Assembly (NCBI GenBank): GCA_017992455.1
Contig: JAGOOP010000003.1
Span: 2,696-66,695 of the forward strand
Length of the DNA stretch: 64,000 bases
Source: Candidatus Omnitrophota bacterium
Lineage (GTDB): Bacteria; Omnitrophota; Gorgyraeia; Gygaellales; Profunditerraquicolaceae
Direction of reading: 5' to 3'
In this document: positions 30,119 to 40,288 of the stretch, one piece after another
Layout of the letters: each line of letters opens with the position of its first letter
Position numbering within the stretch: position 1 is the first letter of the stretch
The notes under the pieces: generated by a model
The model's input: only the letters and a program-made list of their open reading frames with translations
Databases searched by the model: none
What the model was told of the DNA's origin: nothing
Program-made: the position numbers and the translations under genes

Positions 30119-31672
30119 ATGCTTACCATCATGCTTATGATCGGCATTGCCGCGGCCGCCCTGCTCGGCGGATATGCCTTGCGCAAATTCCTCGCCGAAC
30201 AGAAGATCCATGACGCAGAGACCCAGGCAAAATACGTTATCGAACAGGCCAAAAAAGAAGCCGCGGACCGCCATCGCAGCGCGGAGCTCGAAGCGAAGGA
30301 CCTGCTTTACCGCATGCGCCAGGATTTCGAACAGCAGACCAAGGACCGCAGGCAGGAAATAGCCAATCTTGAAAAAAGGCTGTCGCAGAAAGAAGAGAAC
30401 ATCGACCGGAGGCTCGATCTTCTGGAGCGCAAGGAAAAAGACCTCGAGCAGAAACACGAGAACATCAGGCGGCTTGAGGACGGCCTGAAGACCAAGGAGA
30501 ACACCCTGCATCTGTTGATCGCGGAGGAAAAAGAGCGGTTGCAGAAAATGGCGTCGTTGTCCATGGACGAGGCGCGCCAGATCCTGCTCTCGCGCCTAAG
30601 CGAAGAGCTGAACACCGAGAAGGCGGTCCTCATCAAGCGGCAGGAGGAGGAGATACGCGGCGCCGTGGATAAAAAAGCGGTCGAGCTCATCAGCCTGGCC
30701 ATCCAGCGCTGTGCGGCGGAACAGACCGTCGAATCGACGGTGAGCGTCGTCAACCTGCCCAATGATGAAATGAAAGGCCGTGTCATCGGGCGCGAGGGCC
30801 GCAATATACGCGCGCTCGAGATGGCGACCGGCGTCGATGTCATCATCGACGATACGCCCGAGGCGGTCACGCTTTCATGTTTCGATCCGGTCAGGCGCGA
30901 AATAGCGCGTCTTTCCCTGGAGAAGCTCATCGGCGACGGCCGGATACATCCGGGCCGCATCGAGGAGGTCGTAGAGAAGACCAAAAAGGATATGGATGAG
31001 AAGATCAAGGAGGTCGGCGAACGCGCGGCATTCGATTCCGGGGTCGAGAATCTGCATCCCGAGATCGTGAAGCTCCTCGGCCGGCTCAAATACCGCACGA
31101 GCTTCGGCCAGAACGCGTTGCAGCATTCCCAGGAAGTGTCCTATTTGATGGGCGTCATGGCGTCGGAGCTCGGCCTCGATTTCAAGCTTGCCCGCAGGGT
31201 GGGGCTGCTCCACGACCTCGGCAAGGCGCTTGATTACCAGGTCGAGGGGACGCATGCGAAGATCGGGGCGGACGTCGCCAAAAAATACAACGAATCCCAC
31301 GAGGTCATCCACGCGATCGAGGCGCATCATGAGGAAACGCCGCTCGTCAGCGCCTATGCGGTGCTTGCGGTCGCGGCGGACGCCATCAGCGCGGCGCGGC
31401 CCGGCGCGCGCAGGGAAACGCTCGAGACGTATATCAAGCGGCTTGAGAAGCTTGAAGCGATCGCCAACCAGTTCAAGGGCGTCGATAAGACCTACGCGAT
31501 CCAGGCGGGCCGGGAGATCAGGATCATCGTCCAGCCGGAGAAGATCAACGACGGCGATGCGGTGAACATGTCTCGGGAGATCCGCAAAAAGATAGAGGAA
31601 GGGATGGAATACCCCGGCCAGATCAAGGTCACGGTCATCCGCGAGACGCGGGCGATCGAATATGCGAAATAA
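30119..31672 (+). CDS. rny: Ribonuclease Y
   Basis: 517 aa with an N-terminal TM, a coiled coil, a KH domain (MKGRVIGREGRNIRALEMATGVDVIIDD) and an HD domain (LQHSQEVSYLMGVMASELG...GLLHDLGKA). Confidence 0.95.
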   Translation: MLTIMLMIGIAAAALLGGYALRKFLAEQKIHDAETQAKYVIEQAKKEAADRHRSAELEAKDLLYRMRQDFEQQTKDRRQEIANLEKRLSQKEENIDRRLDLLERKEKDLEQKHENIRRLEDGLKTKENTLHLLIAEEKERLQKMASLSMDEARQILLSRLSEELNTEKAVLIKRQEEEIRGAVDKKAVELISLAIQRCAAEQTVESTVSVVNLPNDEMKGRVIGREGRNIRALEMATGVDVIIDDTPEAVTLSCFDPVRREIARLSLEKLIGDGRIHPGRIEEVVEKTKKDMDEKIKEVGERAAFDSGVENLHPEIVKLLGRLKYRTSFGQNALQHSQEVSYLMGVMASELGLDFKLARRVGLLHDLGKALDYQVEGTHAKIGADVAKKYNESHEVIHAIEAHHEETPLVSAYAVLAVAADAISAARPGARRETLETYIKRLEKLEAIANQFKGVDKTYAIQAGREIRIIVQPEKINDGDAVNMSREIRKKIEEGMEYPGQIKVTVIRETRAIEYAK

Positions 31673-31702
31673 AATCGGCACAGCCGGACAGGCGGAGCGC
31701 GC

Positions 31703-32482
31703 ATGAAGATATTGTTTATCGGGGACATCGTCGGAAAGCCCGGCCGCGAGGCAGTGGCCGGGCTGGTGCCTGCGCTGCGCTCGGCATCGGGTATCGACTT
31801 CGTGATCGCCAATGCAGAGAATTCGTCCGGCGGGTCCGGGATCACTCCGCAGACCGCCGGAGAGCTGTTTGACGCGTCCGTCGATGTGCTGACGGCGGGC
31901 GACCATATATGGAAGCGCAAAGAGATCTTCGAGCTCATCCGTTTTGAGTCCAAGATCATCCGGCCGGCGAATTTCCCCGCCGGCGCTCCGGGCCGCGGGT
32001 TCGGGGTCTTTCGGTCAGCATCGGGGATCAAGGTCGGCGTCGTCAACGTGCTCGGGCGGGTGTTCCTGGAGCCGCTCGACTGCCCGTTCAGGGCGGTGAG
32101 GGCCGCGGTGGAGCAGATCCGAAAAGAGACGAACGTCATCCTCGTCGATATACACGCCGAAGCGACATCGGAAAAGATCGCCATGGGCTGGTACCTTGAC
32201 GGCGACGTGTCCGCGGTCGTGGGCACGCATACCCATGTGCAGACGGCGGATGAGCGGGTCCTGCCCAAAGGCACCGCGTATATCACCGACGCGGGCATGG
32301 CAGGGCCGTTCGATTCGGTGCTCGGCCGGCGCGTCGAGGACGTGCTTGAACGGTTCCTCGGCTGCGTGCCGGTGCGCTTTGAGGTCGCCGGCGATAATGT
32401 GCAGATGCACGGGGTGATCGTCGATATCGACGAAAAGACCGGATGCGCCCGGTCGATCGAGCGGATCCAGAAGCGATTGTGA
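31703..32482 (+). CDS. ymdB: YmdB-family metallophosphoesterase (2',3'-cyclic-nucleotide phosphodiesterase)
   Basis: MKILFIGDIVGKPGR, ANAENSSGGSGIT, DVLTAGDHIW and VGTHTHVQTADERVLP. In the usual position after rny. Confidence 0.88.
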   Translation: MKILFIGDIVGKPGREAVAGLVPALRSASGIDFVIANAENSSGGSGITPQTAGELFDASVDVLTAGDHIWKRKEIFELIRFESKIIRPANFPAGAPGRGFGVFRSASGIKVGVVNVLGRVFLEPLDCPFRAVRAAVEQIRKETNVILVDIHAEATSEKIAMGWYLDGDVSAVVGTHTHVQTADERVLPKGTAYITDAGMAGPFDSVLGRRVEDVLERFLGCVPVRFEVAGDNVQMHGVIVDIDEKTGCARSIERIQKRL

Positions 32483-32485
32483 TGT

Positions 32486-34354
32486 ATGCCTAATTATAAT
32501 GCGAAGGCCTTTATAGCGCTGGTTTTGTGCGCGTTCCTGTGGCTGCCGGCGGCATTCTGCCAGGACGGCGATATCGAGTATGTGCTTGATGCAAGCTCGA
32601 CCGCCGTCCCGCTGCCCGATATTTTCAAGCCGGCCATGGACCTGTCCGGCCGCGGCTATAACAGCGATCCGGCATGGCCGCAGTCGCTCGCGCATCAGCG
32701 CGTGCTCGACATCTGGCAGAAAGATGTCGGCTTCCGGGGCATCTATCGGCTTCAGTACAACCTGTGGGAGATCAGCGAGGTGTCGGGTAACCGCGCGCTC
32801 CATGAAAAGCTGCATGCTAATTACGAGGCGACGATCAAGCGGGTGAATGAAGCAGGCGGCGTGGTGATCCTGAACATATTCAGCACCCCGCAGGGCCAGG
32901 GCAAGGTCCTTGACAAAAAAAGCTCGCCGGTCGACCTGAAGGCGTTTAAATCAACGGTCAAGGAATTCATCCGGTATTACAGCTGCCTGAAGCGCTATAC
33001 CGTCTGGTATGAGGTCTGGACCGCGCCGGACCTCGACGATTTTTTCCTCGGCAGGCAGCAGGAATATTTGAACCTGTACCGCGCGGTCGCCGAGGCGGTC
33101 AAGGAGCTCGAGTCCGAATTCAAGATATCTATCCCGGTCGGCGGCCCGTCATCGAGCTGGTGGTTCCGCAGCGTCGAGGGCAATACCAACGTCACCCCGG
33201 AGCGCAGCCTTGCGTATGAGCTGGTCAAGTTCTGTTATCATTACCGGCTGCCGCTTGATTTCATCTCGTGGCATGCGTATTCGACCGATCCCCGCTGCGA
33301 GAAAGAGATGACGTCGTACAACAAGACCGCGGTCGCGCTCATGCGGGACTGGCTCAGTTATTTCAAGAAGGAGCGGGTGCTCTTGATCGTCGACGAGTGG
33401 AATTACGACAGCGGCGTCAATCTTTCCGCGGAGCGGCGCGACCGCGTATTCGTATCGGCGGCATATATCCCCGCGCGGCTCAAACATATGTATGAAGCGG
33501 GCATCGACCACCAGGTTTTCTTTTCCCTCGAGGACTTCCAGTACAATAAAGAGGGCATCGAGCGCAACGTCGGGGCGTTCTGGTTCACGCCGGACCCGGC
33601 CGCGTATAACGGCGGCGCAAAGTCGACATACAACGTATGGCGCCAAATATCGTTCCTGGGCGATTCGATGTATGTCCACGCGCCCAGGACCGCGGACGAA
33701 TTCGTGGGCGTCATTGCGACGCGGGGGCAGGACCGGATCGCGCTCCTGGTGTATAACTACATCGATCCGGACACCTTCCGGAATTACCTCTCGCGCAACA
33801 TCGCGCTCCTGAAAGAAGGCGAGCGCCGCGCCCTGCTCTCGATCATAAAAAGCGATAAGCTGGACAAGATCCTGCGCAGGCAGCTCGACGCCGCCACCCT
33901 GCCGGTATCCGGGCGGGTCAAGGCCATGCTCAAGAAAGCGCAGGAGCTCAATGACAGCGCGGCGCGGTTCTCCGCATCGGGCAGGAACATCAAATTCGTC
34001 ATAAAGAACCTTAAGGACGAATATACAGCCGAGCGGTATACGGTCGATTCGTCGTGTAATTCCAACTGTGAGCTGTCCGCTGCCGCGCTCGAGCAGTCGG
34101 CGTCTGCCGGTACGGTCTCGATACCGATGACGCTGAATCCCTATTCGGTGAATCTTGTTGTGCTGACCAAGAAGCCGAAAGAAGAGATGCGTCCGCGGGA
34201 GATCGATAAAGCGCTTGAGGAAGCGGCTCAGCGCAAAGAAACTCAGCAGGAGAAGGCCGGGGAACCGGAGAAGCAGGCTGAATCGGTTCAGCCCGATGCA
34301 ATGCAGGGTGAGCCTGCTGCGGCAGAAAAAGTCGATGCGGCGCAAATCCCGTAA
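32486..34354 (+). CDS. Secreted GH39-like (clan GH-A TIM-barrel) protein with a charged C-terminal tail
   Basis: 622 aa with signal peptide MPNYNAKAFIALVLCAFLWLPAAFCQ. WYEVWTAPDLDDFF occupies the place of the WxEIWNEPN acid/base motif. LLIVDEWNYD is a nucleophile-like region, and ISWHAYSTDP is also present. The family call is pattern-based only. Confidence 0.5.
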   Translation: MPNYNAKAFIALVLCAFLWLPAAFCQDGDIEYVLDASSTAVPLPDIFKPAMDLSGRGYNSDPAWPQSLAHQRVLDIWQKDVGFRGIYRLQYNLWEISEVSGNRALHEKLHANYEATIKRVNEAGGVVILNIFSTPQGQGKVLDKKSSPVDLKAFKSTVKEFIRYYSCLKRYTVWYEVWTAPDLDDFFLGRQQEYLNLYRAVAEAVKELESEFKISIPVGGPSSSWWFRSVEGNTNVTPERSLAYELVKFCYHYRLPLDFISWHAYSTDPRCEKEMTSYNKTAVALMRDWLSYFKKERVLLIVDEWNYDSGVNLSAERRDRVFVSAAYIPARLKHMYEAGIDHQVFFSLEDFQYNKEGIERNVGAFWFTPDPAAYNGGAKSTYNVWRQISFLGDSMYVHAPRTADEFVGVIATRGQDRIALLVYNYIDPDTFRNYLSRNIALLKEGERRALLSIIKSDKLDKILRRQLDAATLPVSGRVKAMLKKAQELNDSAARFSASGRNIKFVIKNLKDEYTAERYTVDSSCNSNCELSAAALEQSASAGTVSIPMTLNPYSVNLVVLTKKPKEEMRPREIDKALEEAAQRKETQQEKAGEPEKQAESVQPDAMQGEPAAAEKVDAAQIP

Positions 34355-34357
34355 GGT

Positions 34358-35668
34358 ATGAACGGCGAACGTCATATTTTCAGCGTTACCGAGATCACGC
34401 AGGGAATAAAGCTGCTCTTGAGCCGGCAGTACGGCTCGGTATGGGTGGAAGGGGAAGTTTCGAATTTCCGGCCGTCGAGCTCCGGCCACTGGTATTTTTC
34501 GCTCAAAGACGAATCATCGGTCCTGTCCGGCGTGATCTTCAGCCGCGCCGCCCGGGACGTGCCTTTTAAGCTTGAAGACGGCCTGAAGGTCGTATGTTTC
34601 GGTTCCGTCGACGTGTACGCGCCGAGAGGCAGTTATCAGCTGATCATCGAGCGCATCGAGCCCAAAGGCGTCGGCGCGTTGCAGCTTGCGCTCGAACAGC
34701 TGAAGGTCAAGCTCGAAAAAGAAGGGCTGTTCGCTCCGGAACATAAAAGGGATATTCCGTACCTGCCCGGCCGCATCGGCGTTGTGACCTCGGCGACCGG
34801 CGCGGCGATCAAGGATATTTTAAAGGTTCTCGAGCGCAGGTTCAAGGACGTCCATATCATCCTCTCCCCGGTGAAGGTGCAGGGCGACGGGGCAAAAGAA
34901 GAAATAGCGAACGCGATACGGGAGTTGAACGAGTATAACGACGCCTGTTCCCGCGGAGACCGGATCGAGGTATTGATCGTCGGCCGCGGCGGCGGCAGCA
35001 TCGAGGATCTGTGGGCGTTCAACGAGGAGGCGGTCGCGCGCGCGATATACGCGTCGAAGATCCCGGTTATCTCCGCGGTCGGCCATGAACGCGACGTGAC
35101 CATTTCGGACCTCGTTGCTGACCGGCGGGCAGCAACGCCGTCGGTTGCAGCCGAGATCGTCATCCCCCGCAAAGAAGACCTGCGCGGCCAGGTCCGGGAC
35201 CTGGCGATGCGCATGGCCAATTCGTTCGAGGGCCTGTATGCAGACGCCGCGCAGCGGCGCGCGGATGCCCTGGGCCGCCTGAAAACCGGCATGGAGCATA
35301 TATGGCAATTGAACCGGCAGTCATGCGAATCGATGTCGCAGAAGCTTCTCAGGGCGAATCCGGCGCTGGTGATCCCGGAGTATATCGAAAAAATGCGCGA
35401 ATACGCGCGGCAGATCGCGGTGCGCGCGGAGCATTGCATCGCGCTCAAAGAATCCCGGTTCGGCGGCGTTGTCGAAAAGATGGCAAGCCTCAACCCGCTC
35501 AACATTCTCTCGCGCGGCTACAGCGTGACGTATCTGCTGCCGCAGGAGAAGATTATGAAGAGCGCGGTCGGCGCGAAGCAGGGATCGAGCATCCGGACGC
35601 GGTTGTCGAACGGCGGATTGATCAGCACGGTTACGGAGGTGTACGGCGATGGCGGAGATCAGGTTTGA
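34358..35668 (+). CDS. xseA: Exodeoxyribonuclease VII large subunit
   Basis: 436 aa. The OB-fold start FSVTEITQGIKLLLSRQYGSVWVEGEVSNFRPSSSGHWYFSLKD is followed by GVVTSATGAAIKDIL, LIVGRGGGSIEDLWAFNEE and PVISAVGHERDVTISD. Confidence 0.93.
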   Translation: MNGERHIFSVTEITQGIKLLLSRQYGSVWVEGEVSNFRPSSSGHWYFSLKDESSVLSGVIFSRAARDVPFKLEDGLKVVCFGSVDVYAPRGSYQLIIERIEPKGVGALQLALEQLKVKLEKEGLFAPEHKRDIPYLPGRIGVVTSATGAAIKDILKVLERRFKDVHIILSPVKVQGDGAKEEIANAIRELNEYNDACSRGDRIEVLIVGRGGGSIEDLWAFNEEAVARAIYASKIPVISAVGHERDVTISDLVADRRAATPSVAAEIVIPRKEDLRGQVRDLAMRMANSFEGLYADAAQRRADALGRLKTGMEHIWQLNRQSCESMSQKLLRANPALVIPEYIEKMREYARQIAVRAEHCIALKESRFGGVVEKMASLNPLNILSRGYSVTYLLPQEKIMKSAVGAKQGSSIRTRLSNGGLISTVTEVYGDGGDQV

Positions 35669-35882
35669 AGATGCGCTGAAAAAGCTGGAAAAGATCGTCG
35701 AAGAGCTCGAGCAGGGAGACCTGTCCCTCGACGAGGCGCTCAAGAAATACCAGGAAGGCATCGAGCTGTCGCGCGCGTGCACGGCGCGGCTGGAGAACGC
35801 GAAAAAAAAGATCGATGTGCTGGCGAAGAACAAGAAGGGCGATTTCGAGCTCGAACCGCTGGATGAAGACAATGTATCTTGA
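35649..35882 (+). CDS. xseB: Exodeoxyribonuclease VII small subunit
   Basis: 77 aa. FEDALKKLEKIVEELEQGDLSLDEALKKYQEGIELSRAC is canonical XseB. It overlaps the xseA end. Confidence 0.9.
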   Translation: MAEIRFEDALKKLEKIVEELEQGDLSLDEALKKYQEGIELSRACTARLENAKKKIDVLAKNKKGDFELEPLDEDNVS

Positions 35883-37749
35883 AAAGATCGCTTCTCCGCG
35901 CGACATCAAAAATATCCCGCTTGACCAGCTTCCTGTTCTGGCGCAGGAGATCAGGCAGCGCATTCTTGAGGTAACGAGCAGAACCGGCGGCCATATCGCC
36001 TCGAGCCTCGGAGCGGTCGAGCTGATCGTCGCCCTGCATTACTGCCTGGATGCGCCGCGGGACAGGATCCTGTTCGACGTGGGCCACCAGGCATACGCGC
36101 ACAAGATATTGACCGGCAGGAACAAGGACTTCGATACCCTGCGCCAGTACGGCGGCATGAGCGGATTCCCTTCGAAAGAAGAGTCCGAATACGATACGTG
36201 TTTCTGCGGCCACAGCTCGACGAGCGTATCCGCGGCCCTCGGGATCGCCTGCGCGCGGGACGCGGCCCGGCTCAAAGACCCGTTCAAGGTGGTCGCGGTG
36301 ATCGGCGACGGATCCTTGAGCGGCGGGTTGTGTTTTGAAGGGCTGAACAACGCCGGCCATCTGAAAAAAGATCTGCTCGTGGTGCTCAATACCAATGAGC
36401 TCAGCATCGCGCCCAACGTCGGCGCGATCAGCACGTACCTGAACAAGCTTATCTCTTTGCCCATTTATAACAGGTTCAGGGCGTCGTTCGATAAATTCCT
36501 CGAGGCGCGCGTGCCCAAGGGCAGAAGGCTCAAGGCCGTTGCGGCAAAGCTCGAGGAAGGGTTAAAAGGCCTGTTCATCCCGGGAATATTGTTCGAAGAG
36601 CTCGGTTTCAGATATTTCGGCCCGCTTGACGGCCACGATCTCGGCAAGCTCGTGCCCACGCTGCGCAATATCCTCGGCGTCAAAGGCCCGCGGCTGGTGC
36701 ATATCATCACGAAAAAAGGCAAAGGCTATGCGCCTGCTGAAAAAGACCCGGTGCGGTTCCATTCAACCGGCCCGTTCGATATCGCCAGCGGTGAGCCTGC
36801 GTCGCGCGGCACTGCCGGCCGGCGGACCTATACCGACGTGTTCGGCGAAGCGGTTGTCCGGATCGCGGCGCGCGACCCGCGCGTGGTCGCGGTCACCGCG
36901 GCAATGCCTGAAGGGACGGGGCTGGATAAATTCCGCGACGCGTATCCGCAGCGCTTCTTCGACGTGGGGATCGCCGAGCAGCACGCCGCGTGTTTTGCCG
37001 GAGGGCTTGCGCTCGCCGGCCTGCGGCCGGTCGTGGCGATCTATTCGACCTTCTTTCAGCGCGCGCTCGACCAGGTCTTCTCCGACGTGGCGCTTCAGAA
37101 GGCAGCGGTTGTGTTTTGTCTGGACCGCGCCGGCATTGTCGGCGAAGACGGGGTCACGCATCAGGGCGTGTTCGATATCCCGATGCTGCGCGGGGTTCCA
37201 AATCTTATCATGATGGCGCCGCAGGATGGGATGGAACTGGAGGCGATGCTGGAGTATGCAATATCGCTCGACAAGCCGTGCGTTATCCGTTATCCTAAAT
37301 CTGTAATCCCGGCGCTTGAAACAGGCCGCAGTCCGCTCGCGCTCGGCAGGCCGGATGTCCTGCGCATGGGCAAAGATTATTGCCTTATTGCGCTGGGCAG
37401 TATGGTCGAGCATGCGCTCGCCGCTCAGGCCCTGCTCGCAAAAGAAGGTCTGTCCGGCATGTGTATCAATGCCCGGTTCATCAAGCCGCTCGATCCGGGG
37501 GCGTTCGCGAAAGCAGTGCAGCAGGCTGGTCCGCACGCGCCGATCATCACTGTCGAGGACGGCGTCATCGATGCAGGGTTCGGTAGCGCGGTCAGCGAAG
37601 CGCTTGGCCGAAGCGTTGAGCGGATCGGCCTTCCCGATCAGTTCATCGTGCACGGTAAGCGGCAGTTTCTTCTTGAGAAATACGGACTTGATCCCGCAGG
37701 CATCGCCCTGCGGATAAAAAACGCGGTAAAGAAAAATGGCAAAAGTTGA
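35872..37749 (+). CDS. dxs: 1-deoxy-D-xylulose-5-phosphate synthase
   Basis: Starts MYLEKIASPRDIKNIPLDQLPVLAQEIRQRILEVTSRTGGHIASSLGAVELIVALHY. It also has FDVGHQAYAHKILTGR, the TPP motif GDGSLSGGLCFEGLNNAG and FDVGIAEQHA. Confidence 0.95.
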   Translation: MYLEKIASPRDIKNIPLDQLPVLAQEIRQRILEVTSRTGGHIASSLGAVELIVALHYCLDAPRDRILFDVGHQAYAHKILTGRNKDFDTLRQYGGMSGFPSKEESEYDTCFCGHSSTSVSAALGIACARDAARLKDPFKVVAVIGDGSLSGGLCFEGLNNAGHLKKDLLVVLNTNELSIAPNVGAISTYLNKLISLPIYNRFRASFDKFLEARVPKGRRLKAVAAKLEEGLKGLFIPGILFEELGFRYFGPLDGHDLGKLVPTLRNILGVKGPRLVHIITKKGKGYAPAEKDPVRFHSTGPFDIASGEPASRGTAGRRTYTDVFGEAVVRIAARDPRVVAVTAAMPEGTGLDKFRDAYPQRFFDVGIAEQHAACFAGGLALAGLRPVVAIYSTFFQRALDQVFSDVALQKAAVVFCLDRAGIVGEDGVTHQGVFDIPMLRGVPNLIMMAPQDGMELEAMLEYAISLDKPCVIRYPKSVIPALETGRSPLALGRPDVLRMGKDYCLIALGSMVEHALAAQALLAKEGLSGMCINARFIKPLDPGAFAKAVQQAGPHAPIITVEDGVIDAGFGSAVSEALGRSVERIGLPDQFIVHGKRQFLLEKYGLDPAGIALRIKNAVKKNGKS

Positions 37750-37942
37750 GATCGACCAAGAGCGGTGCAAAGGCTGTTATCTGTGCGTCAGCGCATGCCC
37801 GAAAGGCTGCCTGATCATCGAGCCCTCCCTGAATAAAAAAGGGTGCAAGCCCGTCGGCTTCAAGCCCGGGGCGGAATGCGCAGGGTGCTGTTTATGCGCG
37901 GCCATGTGCCCGGATTGCTGCATCGAAATAATCAAGGAATAG
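37736..37942 (+). CDS. 4Fe-4S ferredoxin-type delta subunit of 2-oxoacid:ferredoxin oxidoreductase
   Basis: 68 aa with two CxxCxxCxxxCP clusters (CKGCYLCVSACP, CAGCCLCAAMCP), directly upstream of the alpha/beta/gamma subunits. Confidence 0.85.
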   Translation: MAKVEIDQERCKGCYLCVSACPKGCLIIEPSLNKKGCKPVGFKPGAECAGCCLCAAMCPDCCIEIIKE

Positions 37943-37960
37943 CGCAAGGAGCGCGGTCGT

Positions 37961-39017
37961 ATGGCGGCAAAACGAATTCTTATGGCGGGAAACGAGGCGA
38001 TCGCCGAAGGGGCGATGCAGGCAGGCCTCGACTTTTATGCGGGGTACCCCATAACGCCTCAAAACGAGCTGACCGCATATATGGCTGCGCAGATGCCTGC
38101 GCGGGGCAAAGTTTTCATCCAGGCGGAATCCGAGCTTGCGGCGATCAATATGGTGTTCGGCGCCTCCGCAGCCGGAGCCCGCGCCATGACATCGTCGTCG
38201 AGCCCGGGGATCAGCCTGAAGCAGGAAGGCATTTCATATATGGCGGGCTGCAGGCTTCCGGGCGTTATCGTCAATATGATGCGCGGCGGCCCGGGGCTGG
38301 GCAATATCGCGCCGTCGCAGTCGGATTATTTCCAGGCCACCAGGGGCGGCGGCCACGGCGATTACCGCACCATCGTCCTTGCGCCCGGGTCAGTGCAGGA
38401 ATGCTATGACATGATGTTCGACGCCTTTGATCTTGCTGACCAATATCGCACCCCGGTCATGGTATTGGGCGACGGCATGCTCGGGCAGATGATGGAACCG
38501 GTTGCGTTCAAGCAGGCGGCAGGGAAGCAGCGCGCGCCGATACCCAAGCCATGGGCATTGACCGGCGCACGCGGCAGGCAGGCGAACATTATCAGGTCCC
38601 TTCTTTTGAAAGACGGCGCGCTCGAGGCGCTTAACAAACAGCTTCAGGCAGAATACGCCCGGATACAGAAGAAAGAGCAGCGATGGGAAGAATATTGCTG
38701 TGACGACGCCCGCGTCGTCATTGTCGCCTACGGCATTATGGCGCGCGTGGCGAAAACTATCGTGACATCGATGCGCGCAAAAGGCGCGCGCGTGGGCCTT
38801 ATCCGGCCCATGACCCTGTGGCCGTTCCCCGTCACGCCGTTCAGCAAGAAGAAATCACGCGGTGTAAAATATCTTGTCGTCGAGATGTCATACGGCCAGA
38901 TGGTCGAGGATGTGAAGCTTGCGCTTGAATGCAGGCAGCCGGTCAAATTCTTCGGCAGGGCGGGCGGCGCGATGCCGTCTGAAAAAGAGATCGTCGCACA
39001 GGTAAAGGCGCTCCTCC

Positions 39018-39025
<8 letters not shown>
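37961..39025 (+). CDS. 2-oxoacid (2-oxoglutarate/pyruvate-type):ferredoxin oxidoreductase alpha subunit
   Basis: 354 aa. GNEAIAEGAMQAGLDFYAGYPITPQNEL and QAESELAAINMVFGASAAGARAMTSSSSPGISL. Confidence 0.9.
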
Positions 39026-39742
<717 letters not shown>

Positions 39743-39746
<4 letters not shown>

Positions 39747-40288
39747 CGCATCGCATCATCATCGCAGGTGAAGGAGGCCAGGGCATCATGCTGCTGGGCA
39801 AGGTTCTTGCCGAGGCGGCAATGGCTGAGGGCAGGTCGGTGACGTATCTGCCCGCGTACGGCGCCGAGGTGCGGGGAGGCACGGCCAATTGCATGGTCAT
39901 CGTGTCGGATACGGAGATCGGTTCTCCTCTCGTGCAGGAGGCGGACAGCCTGATCATCATGAACGAGCCGTCCCTGGTGCGCTTTGCCGGCAGGTTGTCG
40001 AAAAAAGGAACGGCATTCATCAACAGCTCTCTTGTTTCAGGCAATGTTCCGGTAAAGGCAGGGGCGCGGTTCCCGTTCACGGATATGGCAATACAGATGG
40101 GAAATCAAAAGTGCGCGAATATGGTCGCCCTGGGCTGTTTTTGTGCCGGAACAAAACTTATTGACCTGAAAACGGTTATGAAGATCATAGAAGAAAACAC
40201 GCCTGCGCAGAAAAAGGAACTCGCCGTATTAAATAAAAAAGCATTGGAAGCCGGAGCCGGGCTTTGCCGGCAGGAAAGGGATCTATGA
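39743..40288 (+). CDS. 2-oxoacid:ferredoxin oxidoreductase gamma subunit
   Basis: Starts MTHRIIIAGEGGQGIMLLGKVLAEAAMAEGRSVTYLPAYGAEVRGGTANCMVIVSD. ATGA overlap with the beta-subunit stop. Confidence 0.88.
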
